From Planctomycetota bacterium (GTDB taxonomy: Bacteria > Planctomycetota > PUPC01), in contig JBDREM010000141.1 of the NCBI GenBank assembly GCA_043819695.1, forward strand, positions 1 to 46,333: 46,333 nucleotides of DNA, written 5' to 3'. A program made the translations under genes and the position numbers. Positions 25,818 to 34,161 of the stretch are shown one piece after another; the stretch's first letter is position 1, and each line of letters starts with the position of its first letter. Under the pieces are notes generated by a model, which was given only the letters and a program-made list of their open reading frames with translations, was not told the origin of the DNA and made no database searches.

Positions 25818-26596
25818 CTTACCACTCCTTTCCAAAAGAGCTAATCACCTACCAAATTACCACAACCGAACGTCTCCAGGTTGTGACCCGCTTGACACGC
25901 TTCGCCGAGAGACAACTTCGAGCAACCGTCGGCGTCTGCCTCGCCGGGTCGCGGTTGCGCCGGCCCGACTTCCTTGAACACCTCGTCGGGCCTCAGCACA
26001 ACTCGCTTTGTCAAAGACGCTTTGTTTATCAGCAATCTGCGTGCCAACGGCCGCGCAAAAGTTGCGAATTTCTCGCGCGCAATCCGGAAGTAATGGCGAC
26101 CGAACCAGTTACGGGCCGCAACGGGCTCGGAATCGCTCCGCACGGCGCGTGAGCGATCCCGAAACGTCTATAAAATGCAACGTTTCCGGGCCTGATGCGT
26201 TGACTGGGAGCAACATGTCGCCGTTCTGGGCCGCACAAATCACGGCAGTCGATCCCCCCGTATCGCGCGGGCAAGATGCTCGGCGCAGGGCCTGGGGACG
26301 GCGGGCCGAGCGACCAGACGGCCCGAAGTCAGGTCCGTTCGGTCATCCCCGATTTTCAGTTGACGGCCGACTTTGTTGCTCTGATGCCGCCCGGCCGGAC
26401 CGAACACGAGCGCTAATCTGACGAGGTATATGCCTCGTCAGATCACCGCTCCCGCTGGCGGGGCGTAAGGTCCGTTCTCGAGGAGCAGGGTTCGGGCTTG
26501 ATTTTGCCCGCTCGCAACGGTAACTTTGACCCGGTCCTGCTGACGCGGAGAGCGCCGCCGCCTCCGGCCCAGCAGCCCTACGAGGCTTGTGCGGGC

Positions 26597-27685
26597 ATGA
26601 TCGATTATCTCGTGGTATTTGCCCTTTCGACTGCGGCAAGCGCGGCGCTTGCAATGCCGGCGCGCTGGGCGGGGCGAAAGCTGCGGATCCTTGACGCGCC
26701 CGATGGCGTCCGCAAGCTCCAGCGTCCGACGCCGCGGACCGGCGGCCCCGCCCTCTACGCTGCCTTTTTCGGGTCCGTATGCCTGGCTGCCTGGCTGGCG
26801 CCGCCGGGCGGCCCCGTCGCCTGGCCGCACGCCAGGGTCATCGTCCCGATGTTCTGCGGAGCTTCGGCCGTCCTGCTGATCGGTCTCTGGGATGACGTCG
26901 CGGGGCTCCGCCCCTGGTTGAAGCTTCTACTGACGGGTCTCGTCGCGGCGGCCATGTACGCCGCCGGGTACCGAGCCGCCGTGCTGGCCAATCCGTTCGG
27001 CGGCGCCGTCCGCTTGGGGTACCTGGCCGCGCCCGTCACGCTGCTCTGGTTCCTGGGCTGCATGAATGCGATGAACTTCATCGACGGGCTCGACGGGCTG
27101 GCCGGCGGAGTGGCGGTGTTCGCCGCGGCCGCCGTGTTCGCGGCGAGCATCATCTTTGGCAACAGCAGTGCAGCCGTGCTGTCGGCCGCGCTGGCCGGCG
27201 CCGCGCTGGGGTTCCTCTTCCTGAATTTCCATCCGGCGTCGATATTCCTGGGCGACTGCGGCAGCTACTTGCTGGGGTTCTTGATTGCGTGTGTCGGGCT
27301 TCAGGGCAGCACGAAGGCGGACGGCGGCGCGGCGCTCGCGATCCCGCTCGTCGCGCTCGGCCTGCCGGTGCTCGACACGGCCCTGGCGATCGTCCGGCGC
27401 TGGTCGGCCGGGCGGCCGCTGTTGTCGGGCAGCGACCGCCGGCATATCCATCACCGGCTCGTCGACGCCGGCTTGAGCCAGCGGCAGGCGGCGCTGGCGC
27501 TGTACGGCGTGTGTTTTGCGCTTGCCGCGTGCGCTGCGACGATGGCAGCCTTCGAGGGGCTGCGCGGCGCGATGCTCGTGGCGGTGGCCGCGGCCGGGAT
27601 CGGCGCGGCGTGGGCAATCGGAAGGGAGGAGATCGCGCGGGCCGCGAGGCGGATCGCCGGACGGACCGGAGCGCACCGGGATTGA
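26597..27685 (+). CDS. WecA/MraY-family polyprenyl-phosphate HexNAc-1-phosphate transferase
   Basis: ATG 26597 (MIDYLVVFALS...). It shows NAMNFIDGLDGLAGG, NFHPASIFLGDCGSYLLGF and DRRHIHHRL. Confidence 0.85.
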   Translation: MIDYLVVFALSTAASAALAMPARWAGRKLRILDAPDGVRKLQRPTPRTGGPALYAAFFGSVCLAAWLAPPGGPVAWPHARVIVPMFCGASAVLLIGLWDDVAGLRPWLKLLLTGLVAAAMYAAGYRAAVLANPFGGAVRLGYLAAPVTLLWFLGCMNAMNFIDGLDGLAGGVAVFAAAAVFAASIIFGNSSAAVLSAALAGAALGFLFLNFHPASIFLGDCGSYLLGFLIACVGLQGSTKADGGAALAIPLVALGLPVLDTALAIVRRWSAGRPLLSGSDRRHIHHRLVDAGLSQRQAALALYGVCFALAACAATMAAFEGLRGAMLVAVAAAGIGAAWAIGREEIARAARRIAGRTGAHRD

Positions 27686-29202
27686 GCGCGACGGACTCGA
27701 GGACATTCAAGGCCGGGATGCTCGCGTCGGGCCAGACGCTGAGCGCGTGCGTGGGGCTGGTCACGTACGTCGTCTTGTCGCACGTGCTGTCGCCCGAGAA
27801 CTATGCGACGTATCGAAAAACGCTCTTCGCGTTCGCGTTCGCGGCGCCGTTGTTGATGCTCGGGCTGCCGCAGGCGCTCTACTATTTCCTTCCGGACGAG
27901 CGGGAGAGGGCGCGCGGCGTGCTGCTCGAGAACGTGATCCTGCTGGCGCTGATGGGGGCGGTTTTTTCGCTGTTCCTGCTGTTCGGGGGCAACCGCCTGC
28001 TGGCATTGCGGTTCGGCAATCGCTCGCTCGAGCGCACGCTGCTGATCCTCGCACCGTACCCGCTCTTCGTGCTGCCCGCGGCCGCGGTGAGCGCGTGCCT
28101 GATGGCCCGCGGCCGCGCGTGGGAATTAGCCGTCTACAACGTGTTCAGCCGGCTGCTTGCGTTCGTGCTCGTTGTCGGGGCGTGCGTGGTGTGGCGGACG
28201 ACGGAGGCGGCCGTCATCGGCGTGATCGCGGCGGCGGCCATTGCGCTTTTTCCGGCGCTGGCGCTGATGTTTCGCTGCACGAGGGACAGCGAATCGGTCG
28301 TGACGCCGGCGGGGATGCTGGCGCAGTTGAGGTACAGCGTGCCGCTCGGGCTCGCCGGCATGATGGGCACGATAAGCTGGGCGGTCGACAAATTCATCGT
28401 GGCATCGATGTGTTCGAACGAGGACTTCGCCATCTATGCGAACGGAGCGATCGAGATCCCGCTCATCAGCATGGTGACGGGCTCGGTCGCCGCCGTGCTG
28501 TTGCCGGACCTTGCGAGGTTCTACAAGGGTGGTGAGCGCGGCGAGGCGGTCGCCTTGTGGAGGCGAGGCGCCGCGAAGTGCGCTCTGATCATCTTTCCCG
28601 CGATGTGCATGTTGTTCTTTTTGGCGCCTGAAATAATGACGGTTCTTTTCCCGAAGAAGGTGGGCGGCGCCGCGGGGGAGGTCGCGTTCTACAGGGCGAG
28701 TTCGGTGCCGTTCAGATTCTATCTGCTCGTCCTGCCGATACGGATCGTGACGTTCGGTTCGATGCTGAAGGCGGCGGGCCGGGGGCCGCTCGTCCTGGCG
28801 GCGAGCGTGGGCGCCGTCGTCGTGAACGCGATCCTGAGCATTGTGCTCGTCGGGTACATGGGCTACGCCGGCGCGGCGTTGGGCACTGTGCTGATGATGT
28901 ACCTGTGGACAGTGCCGTTCTATCTAGTTGTAATTTCAGGGGTTTACGGCACTCGGCTGCGCGACCTCCTGCCCTATGGAGCGCTTGCCCGAATTATGGC
29001 CGCGTCTGTCGCCTGCTCGTTGCTTTTTGTTGCGAAGCGATACTTGGTGCACGCATGGGGCGATCTGGCCTGCGTCGTTGTGCTGGGCCCGGCGTACGCC
29101 GGCGTGGTTCTTGTTCTATTTGCCCGAATGAGACTGGTCGACTGGGAGGCGCTGCGGCGCTCAGTTGCCCGGACGCTGTCGCGCGGCCGGCCAAAAGGTT
29201 GA
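27682..29202 (+). CDS. second polysaccharide flippase-like protein (MOP/PST family)
   Basis: Real part of track ORF 27289..29202. TTG 27682 overlaps the wecA-like TGA (TTGA); ATG 27718 is the alternative. ...GMLASGQTLSACVGLVTYVVLSHVLSPENYATYRKTLFAF... is polytopic. Confidence 0.7.
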   Translation: MSATDSRTFKAGMLASGQTLSACVGLVTYVVLSHVLSPENYATYRKTLFAFAFAAPLLMLGLPQALYYFLPDERERARGVLLENVILLALMGAVFSLFLLFGGNRLLALRFGNRSLERTLLILAPYPLFVLPAAAVSACLMARGRAWELAVYNVFSRLLAFVLVVGACVVWRTTEAAVIGVIAAAAIALFPALALMFRCTRDSESVVTPAGMLAQLRYSVPLGLAGMMGTISWAVDKFIVASMCSNEDFAIYANGAIEIPLISMVTGSVAAVLLPDLARFYKGGERGEAVALWRRGAAKCALIIFPAMCMLFFLAPEIMTVLFPKKVGGAAGEVAFYRASSVPFRFYLLVLPIRIVTFGSMLKAAGRGPLVLAASVGAVVVNAILSIVLVGYMGYAGAALGTVLMMYLWTVPFYLVVISGVYGTRLRDLLPYGALARIMAASVACSLLFVAKRYLVHAWGDLACVVVLGPAYAGVVLVLFARMRLVDWEALRRSVARTLSRGRPKG

Positions 29203-29245
29203 CTTGCCCTGGGCTTGGCGCGTGTCCGGAACGTCTGAAGTGTTC

Positions 29246-29274
29246 TTGACTTTTGCCGGCTTGTATGGTCTAAT
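29246..29274 (+). promoter_or_regulatory. sigma70-like promoter TTGACT-N17-TCTAAT for paralog 2
   Basis: ttgact 29246-29251, 17-nt spacer, tctaat 29269-29274. A ggacgg/ccgtcc hairpin in the leader and ggaggaggg follow before ATG 29341. Confidence 0.45.
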
Positions 29275-29340
29275 TCGTCGGCGAAGGGGACGGGAGGGAC
29301 CGTCCGGTGAGAATTGTCAGTTCTTTGGAGGAGGGACGCA

Positions 29341-29820
29341 ATGAAGCATTCTATAGCTGTTGTGATGGCGGTGTCGTTGTTAATGGCTCCTTGCTCCTCG
29401 GCGGCCGTCAAGGCGCAGGAGCTTGAGTTGAAGGCCGGCGCGGTGTCTGTGAGCGTGAAAACCCACGACGGCAAGCCCCTTCCCGGCGCCGAGATGACAC
29501 TCGTGAAGGAAGGCAGCAAGGTGAAGCTCACAATCACTGCGGACGCGAAAGGCATGTGCATCCTGAAGGACCTCGACGCAGGGACGTACAAGCTGGTCGT
29601 GGCCGGCCAGGCGATGTTGCCATTCACCGTGAGCAGCAAGGCGAAGGTGGACACGGTGGTGGTGGTCCTGCCGCCCCCGGCCAAGTACGCCGCCGGCGAT
29701 GCGAAAGAGGCGTTGGCAATGCCCAGCCTCACGACGTTCATCATCGGAGCCGTCGCGATTACGACGTTCATCCTGATCATCGCGGGCGGCGGCGGTGGCG
29801 GCGGCGGCGGCCATCCGTAA
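29341..29820 (+). CDS. secreted, C-terminally anchored CarboxypepD_reg-like protein, paralog 2 (159 aa)
   Basis: MKHSIAVVMAVSLLMAPCSSAAVKAQELELKAGAVSVSVKTHDGKPLPGAEMTLVKEGSKVKLTITADAKGMCILKDLDAGTYKLVVAGQAMLPFTV...MPSLTTFIIGAVAITTFILIIAGGGGGGGGGHP. It is colinear with 10947..11432, with well over half of positions identical by eye. Confidence 0.8.
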   Translation: MKHSIAVVMAVSLLMAPCSSAAVKAQELELKAGAVSVSVKTHDGKPLPGAEMTLVKEGSKVKLTITADAKGMCILKDLDAGTYKLVVAGQAMLPFTVSSKAKVDTVVVVLPPPAKYAAGDAKEALAMPSLTTFIIGAVAITTFILIIAGGGGGGGGGHP

Positions 29821-29961
29821 GGCAATGGCCGAGCTCGCTCTGATATCTCATAGTGGTTCTTCCTTCGGATCGGCTCTGCCAGGGAGGGGCTCAATGCATC
29901 ATGATTCTTGCCGCGGCCCACGGTCGTGGGTTGCGTGCAGCGGGACGGAGGCATTTTCTTG

Positions 29962-29987
29962 GCCGCGGCCGGGGGCCCCGCCGCGGC
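29962..29987 (+). promoter_or_regulatory. GC-rich hairpin between paralog 2 and the export gene
   Basis: gccgcggccggggg / ccccgccgcggc forms an imperfect ~11-bp stem with no clear T-tract. It could be an attenuator or processing site. Confidence 0.3.
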
Positions 29988-30059
29988 ACCGGTCGATTTC
30001 AGGCAATCGTCAATGACCGGACCGTTCCGTCGTCGAAGCCCGATGTGTGAGGAGAGCAG

Positions 30060-31058
30060 ATGTTCGTAAAACGCCCGATGTCCGCGTCGGTCTGTCTGAT
30101 CTTGTTTGTCGCCGGCTGCGGCGGGCTCCAGAAACTCGACGAGGCGGCGATGCGCGCTTCCGTCTCGTCGGCCCGTGACAGGCAGCTTGCCCTCGAGACG
30201 CTTGTCCGTCTGCCGGAGCAGGCGATCGACTACCGGATCGGCGCGAGCGACGTGCTGGAGGTGGGCATCTTCCAGTGGGAGTTGTCGGAGGAGACGAAGA
30301 CGCTCGCGGTGCGCGTCTCTCAGGAAGGCGTGGTATCGCTCCCCCTCATTGGCGACTTGACCGTGAAGGACAAGACGATCCGTGAAGTCCGGGTGACGAT
30401 AGAAAAACTCCTCCAGGACGGGGACTTCATAAAGACCCCGCGCGTGAGCGTGGTCATCAAGGAATTCCGGAGCAAGCGAATCGCCGTCGTCGGCGCCGTG
30501 AAGGACCCGGGCGTTTACACCATCAGGGAGAACGTCACGCGCCTGCTTGACATACTCTCGCTCGCGGGCGGCCTGGCCGAGACTGCGGGCCAGCAGCTCC
30601 ACATCGTGCGGACCCGCGGGGTCAACGGCGAGAAGGAAAAGCAGGTCATCACGGTCGACCTGCACGACCTGCTGGCCATGGGCGACCTCACACTGAACGC
30701 TGTGCTCGCCGACGGCGACGTCGTCAACGTGCCCACGGCCCAGAAGTTCTTTGTCTATGGATACGTGAACAAGCCGGGCGCGTACGACCTCAGGCGGCGG
30801 ACGACCGTTCTCGAGGCCATTGCACTGGCCGGCGGGCTCGCCCGGCCAATGGCCTCGCCCAGCTACTGCGTGTTGCGGCGCGGCGACCGCGAGATGGAGA
30901 TTGATCTGGGCAATGTCGCCGACGGCGACGAGCCGAACTACTACCTTCAGCCGGACGACACGATCGAGGTCCGGTCGACGTTCCTCCGCAGGGTCTGTCT
31001 CACCTTGTGGGAGGGTGTGCGGAGCATCGTGCACGTGGGCTACACGTTGAACCAGTAG
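30060..31058 (+). CDS. outer-membrane polysaccharide export protein (Wza-like OPX; Poly_export + 2 SLBB)
   Basis: Lipoprotein-like N-terminus ...VCLILFVAGCGG. YRIGASDVLEVGIF...VSQEGVVSLPLIGDLTVKDKTIREVRVTIEKLL is the PES motif region. Two SLBB-like segments are present (VGAVKDPGVYTI..., YGYVNKPGAYDL...). Confidence 0.85.
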   Translation: MFVKRPMSASVCLILFVAGCGGLQKLDEAAMRASVSSARDRQLALETLVRLPEQAIDYRIGASDVLEVGIFQWELSEETKTLAVRVSQEGVVSLPLIGDLTVKDKTIREVRVTIEKLLQDGDFIKTPRVSVVIKEFRSKRIAVVGAVKDPGVYTIRENVTRLLDILSLAGGLAETAGQQLHIVRTRGVNGEKEKQVITVDLHDLLAMGDLTLNAVLADGDVVNVPTAQKFFVYGYVNKPGAYDLRRRTTVLEAIALAGGLARPMASPSYCVLRRGDREMEIDLGNVADGDEPNYYLQPDDTIEVRSTFLRRVCLTLWEGVRSIVHVGYTLNQ

Positions 31059-31080
31059 GCGCAGCAAGAGAGGCCGAACG

Positions 31081-33294
31081 ATGGCAAAAGCGGACCAGGA
31101 CAACCCGCAGGACGCGGCGGCCGCCAGGCGGTTCCGCGCCCCGGAGACCACGCTGACGGACTACGTCCGCGTGGTCAGCACGCGAAGGTGGCTCGTCGGG
31201 TGCGTGTTCCTGATGACGGTCCTGCTGGCCGGCATCTGGGTCTTCACCCGAACGCCGCTTTACCGCTCGACGGCCTTGCTTCAGATCGAGCCCGGCACGC
31301 CCTCGGTGACTCCGTTCCAGCCGGTGCTCGACGGGGGCTCATACGCATCCGTCCCGCGGCGGGATTTCATCGAGACGCAGATGCAGCTGATCGCGTCCGA
31401 GCGGCTTGTCGCCGACACCATCAAGCGGTTCGGCATACACAAGCTGCCGAGGTTCAAGGACACCAAGGATCTCGTGGCACGGCTCAAGGAGTCCTTCGCC
31501 GTCGAACCCATTCGGCGGACGTGGCTCGTGGAGGTCGCCTTCTACTGGCCGGACCCGAAGCTGGGTGCGCAAATCCTCGACTACCACGTGACCCAGTACG
31601 TGGAGAGCTACGCGAACCGCCAGTTGGAGACGGGCACCAAGGCGTTGGAGAACCTGCTCCGGGAGAAGGAAGAGGTCTTTCCGAGGGTCGAGGAGGCGCG
31701 CCGCAGGTTGCAGGAATTCAGGCAGGAACACAACATCACATCGTTCGACCGAACGTACAACACGATCGCCGACGACCTGATGGCCCAGCAAAAGGCGGCG
31801 AGCGAGGCGCGGCAGGCGCTCTCGGCGAGCAAGACGCGCCTCGACGAGGTCGAAAAAGCCATCAAGAACCAGAGCACGGCCGAAAGCCTTCCGGACGTTC
31901 TCGACAGCCAGCTCATTCGCGACTACCGCAACCAGAAAGCGCTGTGCGAGCAGAACCTGCGAGAAGGCCTGAAACGTTTCGGCGAGCAGCACCCCGAGAT
32001 CAAGGCGTACCGCGCCAAGCTCGAATCGATCGATGAGAACATCAGAATCGAGATTGCGCGCATCGTGGACAGCGTGAGGACCCAGCACAGCCAGGCCGAG
32101 AAGCTCCTGGAGCGGCGGCAGGAGGAACTGGCCGAGCAGCAGCAGAAGGTGCAGCAGTTCAACGAGCTCAAGCTCACGTATGACGCCCTGAAGACCGCGT
32201 TCGACGCGCAGGACGTAACCTACACGGCCGTCCTGACGCGCATTCACGAGATCGAGATAGCGAACGCCGCCAACGTCCGCGACGGCACGATCAGGATCGA
32301 GCGCCGCCCGAAAGAAGAAACGACGGCGGCGAAGCCGAGGAAACTGCTCGTCCTGGCGCTTGCGAGCCTCATGGGGCTGGCGCTCGGCATCGGCCTTGCA
32401 TTCCTCCTCGACACGCTGGACACGACGCTCAAATCGAAAGAGCACGTGTCGCGTTACCTGGGCCTCAGCCTGCTCGGGTACGTGCCGGCGCTGCCCGAGT
32501 TGGTGAAAAGCGCAAGGCACCACACGCATTTCGCCCTCGCGGTGGGTCTGCACCCGCGTTCGGCGGTCGCCGAGGCCTTCCGCTCGATTCGGACGGCCCT
32601 CTCTTTCTCCGTCGCGGCCCAGGAGGTCCGGCATATCATGGTCACGAGCGCCTCGCCGTCCGAGGGGAAAACGCTCGTCGCCGTGAACATCGCCGCCGCC
32701 ATTGCCCAGACCGGCAAGAAGGTTCTCCTGGTCGACGCCGACATGCGAAAGCCCGCCATCCACAAGATAATGGAGGCCGACCAGACGCCGGGCCTCACGA
32801 ACCTGCTCGTGGGTGAGGGCGCAAACTGCATCGAGGACGTCGTGCGCCCGACGGACGTGCCCAACCTCTTCTACATCCCGTGCGGGCCGGCTCCGCCCAA
32901 TCCGGCGGAACTCATGGGCTGCGAGCGGATGAAGGTGCTGCTCGCCAAGATGGTCGAGTTGTACGACCGCGTGATCCTTGACACGCCGCCCGTGGTCAAC
33001 GTGACCGACGCGGCCGTTCTCTGCAACGAGGCGCACGGCGTGGTCTTCGTCGTCCGCGGGTTCCGCACACAGCGCGAGATCGCCCGGCGCGCACTCGAGA
33101 TTCTCGCACACTCCAATGCGCAGTTGCTCGGAGCCGTCTTGAACAACGTCGACGTGCCGCGCGGAGCATACTACTACGACACCTACTACCAGTACCAGCA
33201 ATACTACTACTACGCCGAAGACGGTACGAAACGCAAGAGGAGCAAGAAGCAGCGCAAGAGGCGGGGCGCAGATTCGCACAAGGCCACGGCCTGA
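31081..33294 (+). CDS. polysaccharide co-polymerase / BY-kinase (Wzc/GumC-like)
   Basis: Wzz-type N-terminus with a TM helix and a long coiled-coil. Walker A is SASPSEGKT, A' is VLLVDADMRKP and B is ILDTPP. The C-terminal Tyr cluster is YYYDTYYQYQQYYYY. Confidence 0.9.
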   Translation: MAKADQDNPQDAAAARRFRAPETTLTDYVRVVSTRRWLVGCVFLMTVLLAGIWVFTRTPLYRSTALLQIEPGTPSVTPFQPVLDGGSYASVPRRDFIETQMQLIASERLVADTIKRFGIHKLPRFKDTKDLVARLKESFAVEPIRRTWLVEVAFYWPDPKLGAQILDYHVTQYVESYANRQLETGTKALENLLREKEEVFPRVEEARRRLQEFRQEHNITSFDRTYNTIADDLMAQQKAASEARQALSASKTRLDEVEKAIKNQSTAESLPDVLDSQLIRDYRNQKALCEQNLREGLKRFGEQHPEIKAYRAKLESIDENIRIEIARIVDSVRTQHSQAEKLLERRQEELAEQQQKVQQFNELKLTYDALKTAFDAQDVTYTAVLTRIHEIEIANAANVRDGTIRIERRPKEETTAAKPRKLLVLALASLMGLALGIGLAFLLDTLDTTLKSKEHVSRYLGLSLLGYVPALPELVKSARHHTHFALAVGLHPRSAVAEAFRSIRTALSFSVAAQEVRHIMVTSASPSEGKTLVAVNIAAAIAQTGKKVLLVDADMRKPAIHKIMEADQTPGLTNLLVGEGANCIEDVVRPTDVPNLFYIPCGPAPPNPAELMGCERMKVLLAKMVELYDRVILDTPPVVNVTDAAVLCNEAHGVVFVVRGFRTQREIARRALEILAHSNAQLLGAVLNNVDVPRGAYYYDTYYQYQQYYYYAEDGTKRKRSKKQRKRRGADSHKATA

Positions 33295-33320
33295 TCGGCC
33301 CTGGGAGCGGCATTCGTGCA

Positions 33321-34091
33321 ATGATCGACATCCACGCTCACGTCTTGCCTGGACTCGACGACGGACCGGCGAACATGGGTGAGGCGCTCGCCTTGGTTCG
33401 AGCGGCCGCGGAGGATCACATCGACACCGTCGTCGCCACCCCCCACATGCTGGACGGCGTCTACAACGTACAGCGCGAGGACATCTTCGCCGGAGTCGTC
33501 GAGTTGAACGAGGCGCTCGCGGAGCATGGCATCCCGGTGACCGTCCTTGTGGGGGCCGACGTGCACGCCGAAACAGAGGTGCCCGCGCTGTTGCGCGACG
33601 GCCGGCTGGCCACCGTCGCCGACCGCGGCAAGTACCTCATGCTGGAACTGCCGCCCGACGTCATGCCGCAGGAACTCGACCAACTCCTCTTCAACATCGA
33701 GTTGCAGGGCGTCCGGCCCGTGATATCGCATCCGGAGCGGAATCGCGCCATTCAGGAGGACCCCGGCGAGCTCCTGTCGCTCGTGCAGGCCGGCAGCCTC
33801 ACGCAGATCACGGCCGCGAGCATCGTCGGCGATTTCGGCTCGCGCGTCCGCGAATGCTGCGAGAGCCTCTTGGAATGGCGGCTGGCCCATTTCGTGGCGA
33901 CGGACATGCACGGCGCCCGGCGGCGGAAACCGAAACTCACCGAGGCGGCAGAGCGGGTGACCGAGCTTCTCGGCGAGAAAGAAGCCAACGAGATACTGTA
34001 CGACAACCCCGAGGCGCTGATTCACGGCAAGTACGTCGACGTGCCCGAGCCGGCGACGCCGAAGCCGCAGAAGCGGTGGTTCTTCTGGTGA
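33321..34091 (+). CDS. CpsB/YwqE-type (PHP-family) protein-tyrosine phosphatase
   Basis: MIDIHAHVLPGLDDGP...VVATPHML...ISHPERN are the characteristic metal-binding His motifs. It lies directly after the BY-kinase. Confidence 0.85.
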   Translation: MIDIHAHVLPGLDDGPANMGEALALVRAAAEDHIDTVVATPHMLDGVYNVQREDIFAGVVELNEALAEHGIPVTVLVGADVHAETEVPALLRDGRLATVADRGKYLMLELPPDVMPQELDQLLFNIELQGVRPVISHPERNRAIQEDPGELLSLVQAGSLTQITAASIVGDFGSRVRECCESLLEWRLAHFVATDMHGARRRKPKLTEAAERVTELLGEKEANEILYDNPEALIHGKYVDVPEPATPKPQKRWFFW

Positions 34092-34161
34092 ACCGGCCTG
34101 TCACGGGACGCCGTTCACTGTCGAGCTCGAGTCCCGGGCTGCGGGGCCGGAAGGGAGGGTA

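Noticed and set aside
25841-26143. 100-aa minus-strand ORF directly upstream of the PEP-CTERM gene.
   Set aside because: Part of it looks protein-like (NWFGRHYFRIAREKFATFARPL...). It has no recognisable family and no clear RBS, and it ends in Gly/Cys-rich noise. It is kept only as a remark in the non-coding-gap finding.
30060-31058. A short OPX lacking the outer-membrane-spanning C-terminal helix, which would imply a missing beta-barrel partner.
   Set aside because: After the second SLBB there are still ~27 residues (STFLRRVCLTLWEGVRSIVHVGYTLNQ) that could form the amphipathic Wza-type helix. Absence cannot be claimed from sequence alone.
28974-31151. 725-aa minus-strand ORF; similar ones at 31339..33321 (660 aa), 35277..36959 (560 aa), 9310..10995 (561 aa), 12616..13767, 43975..44955 and 45327..46199.
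   Set aside because: All lie antisense to genes with clear family signatures. They are extremely Arg/Pro/Gly/His-rich with no recognisable motifs. These are the usual long open antisense frames of high-GC DNA.
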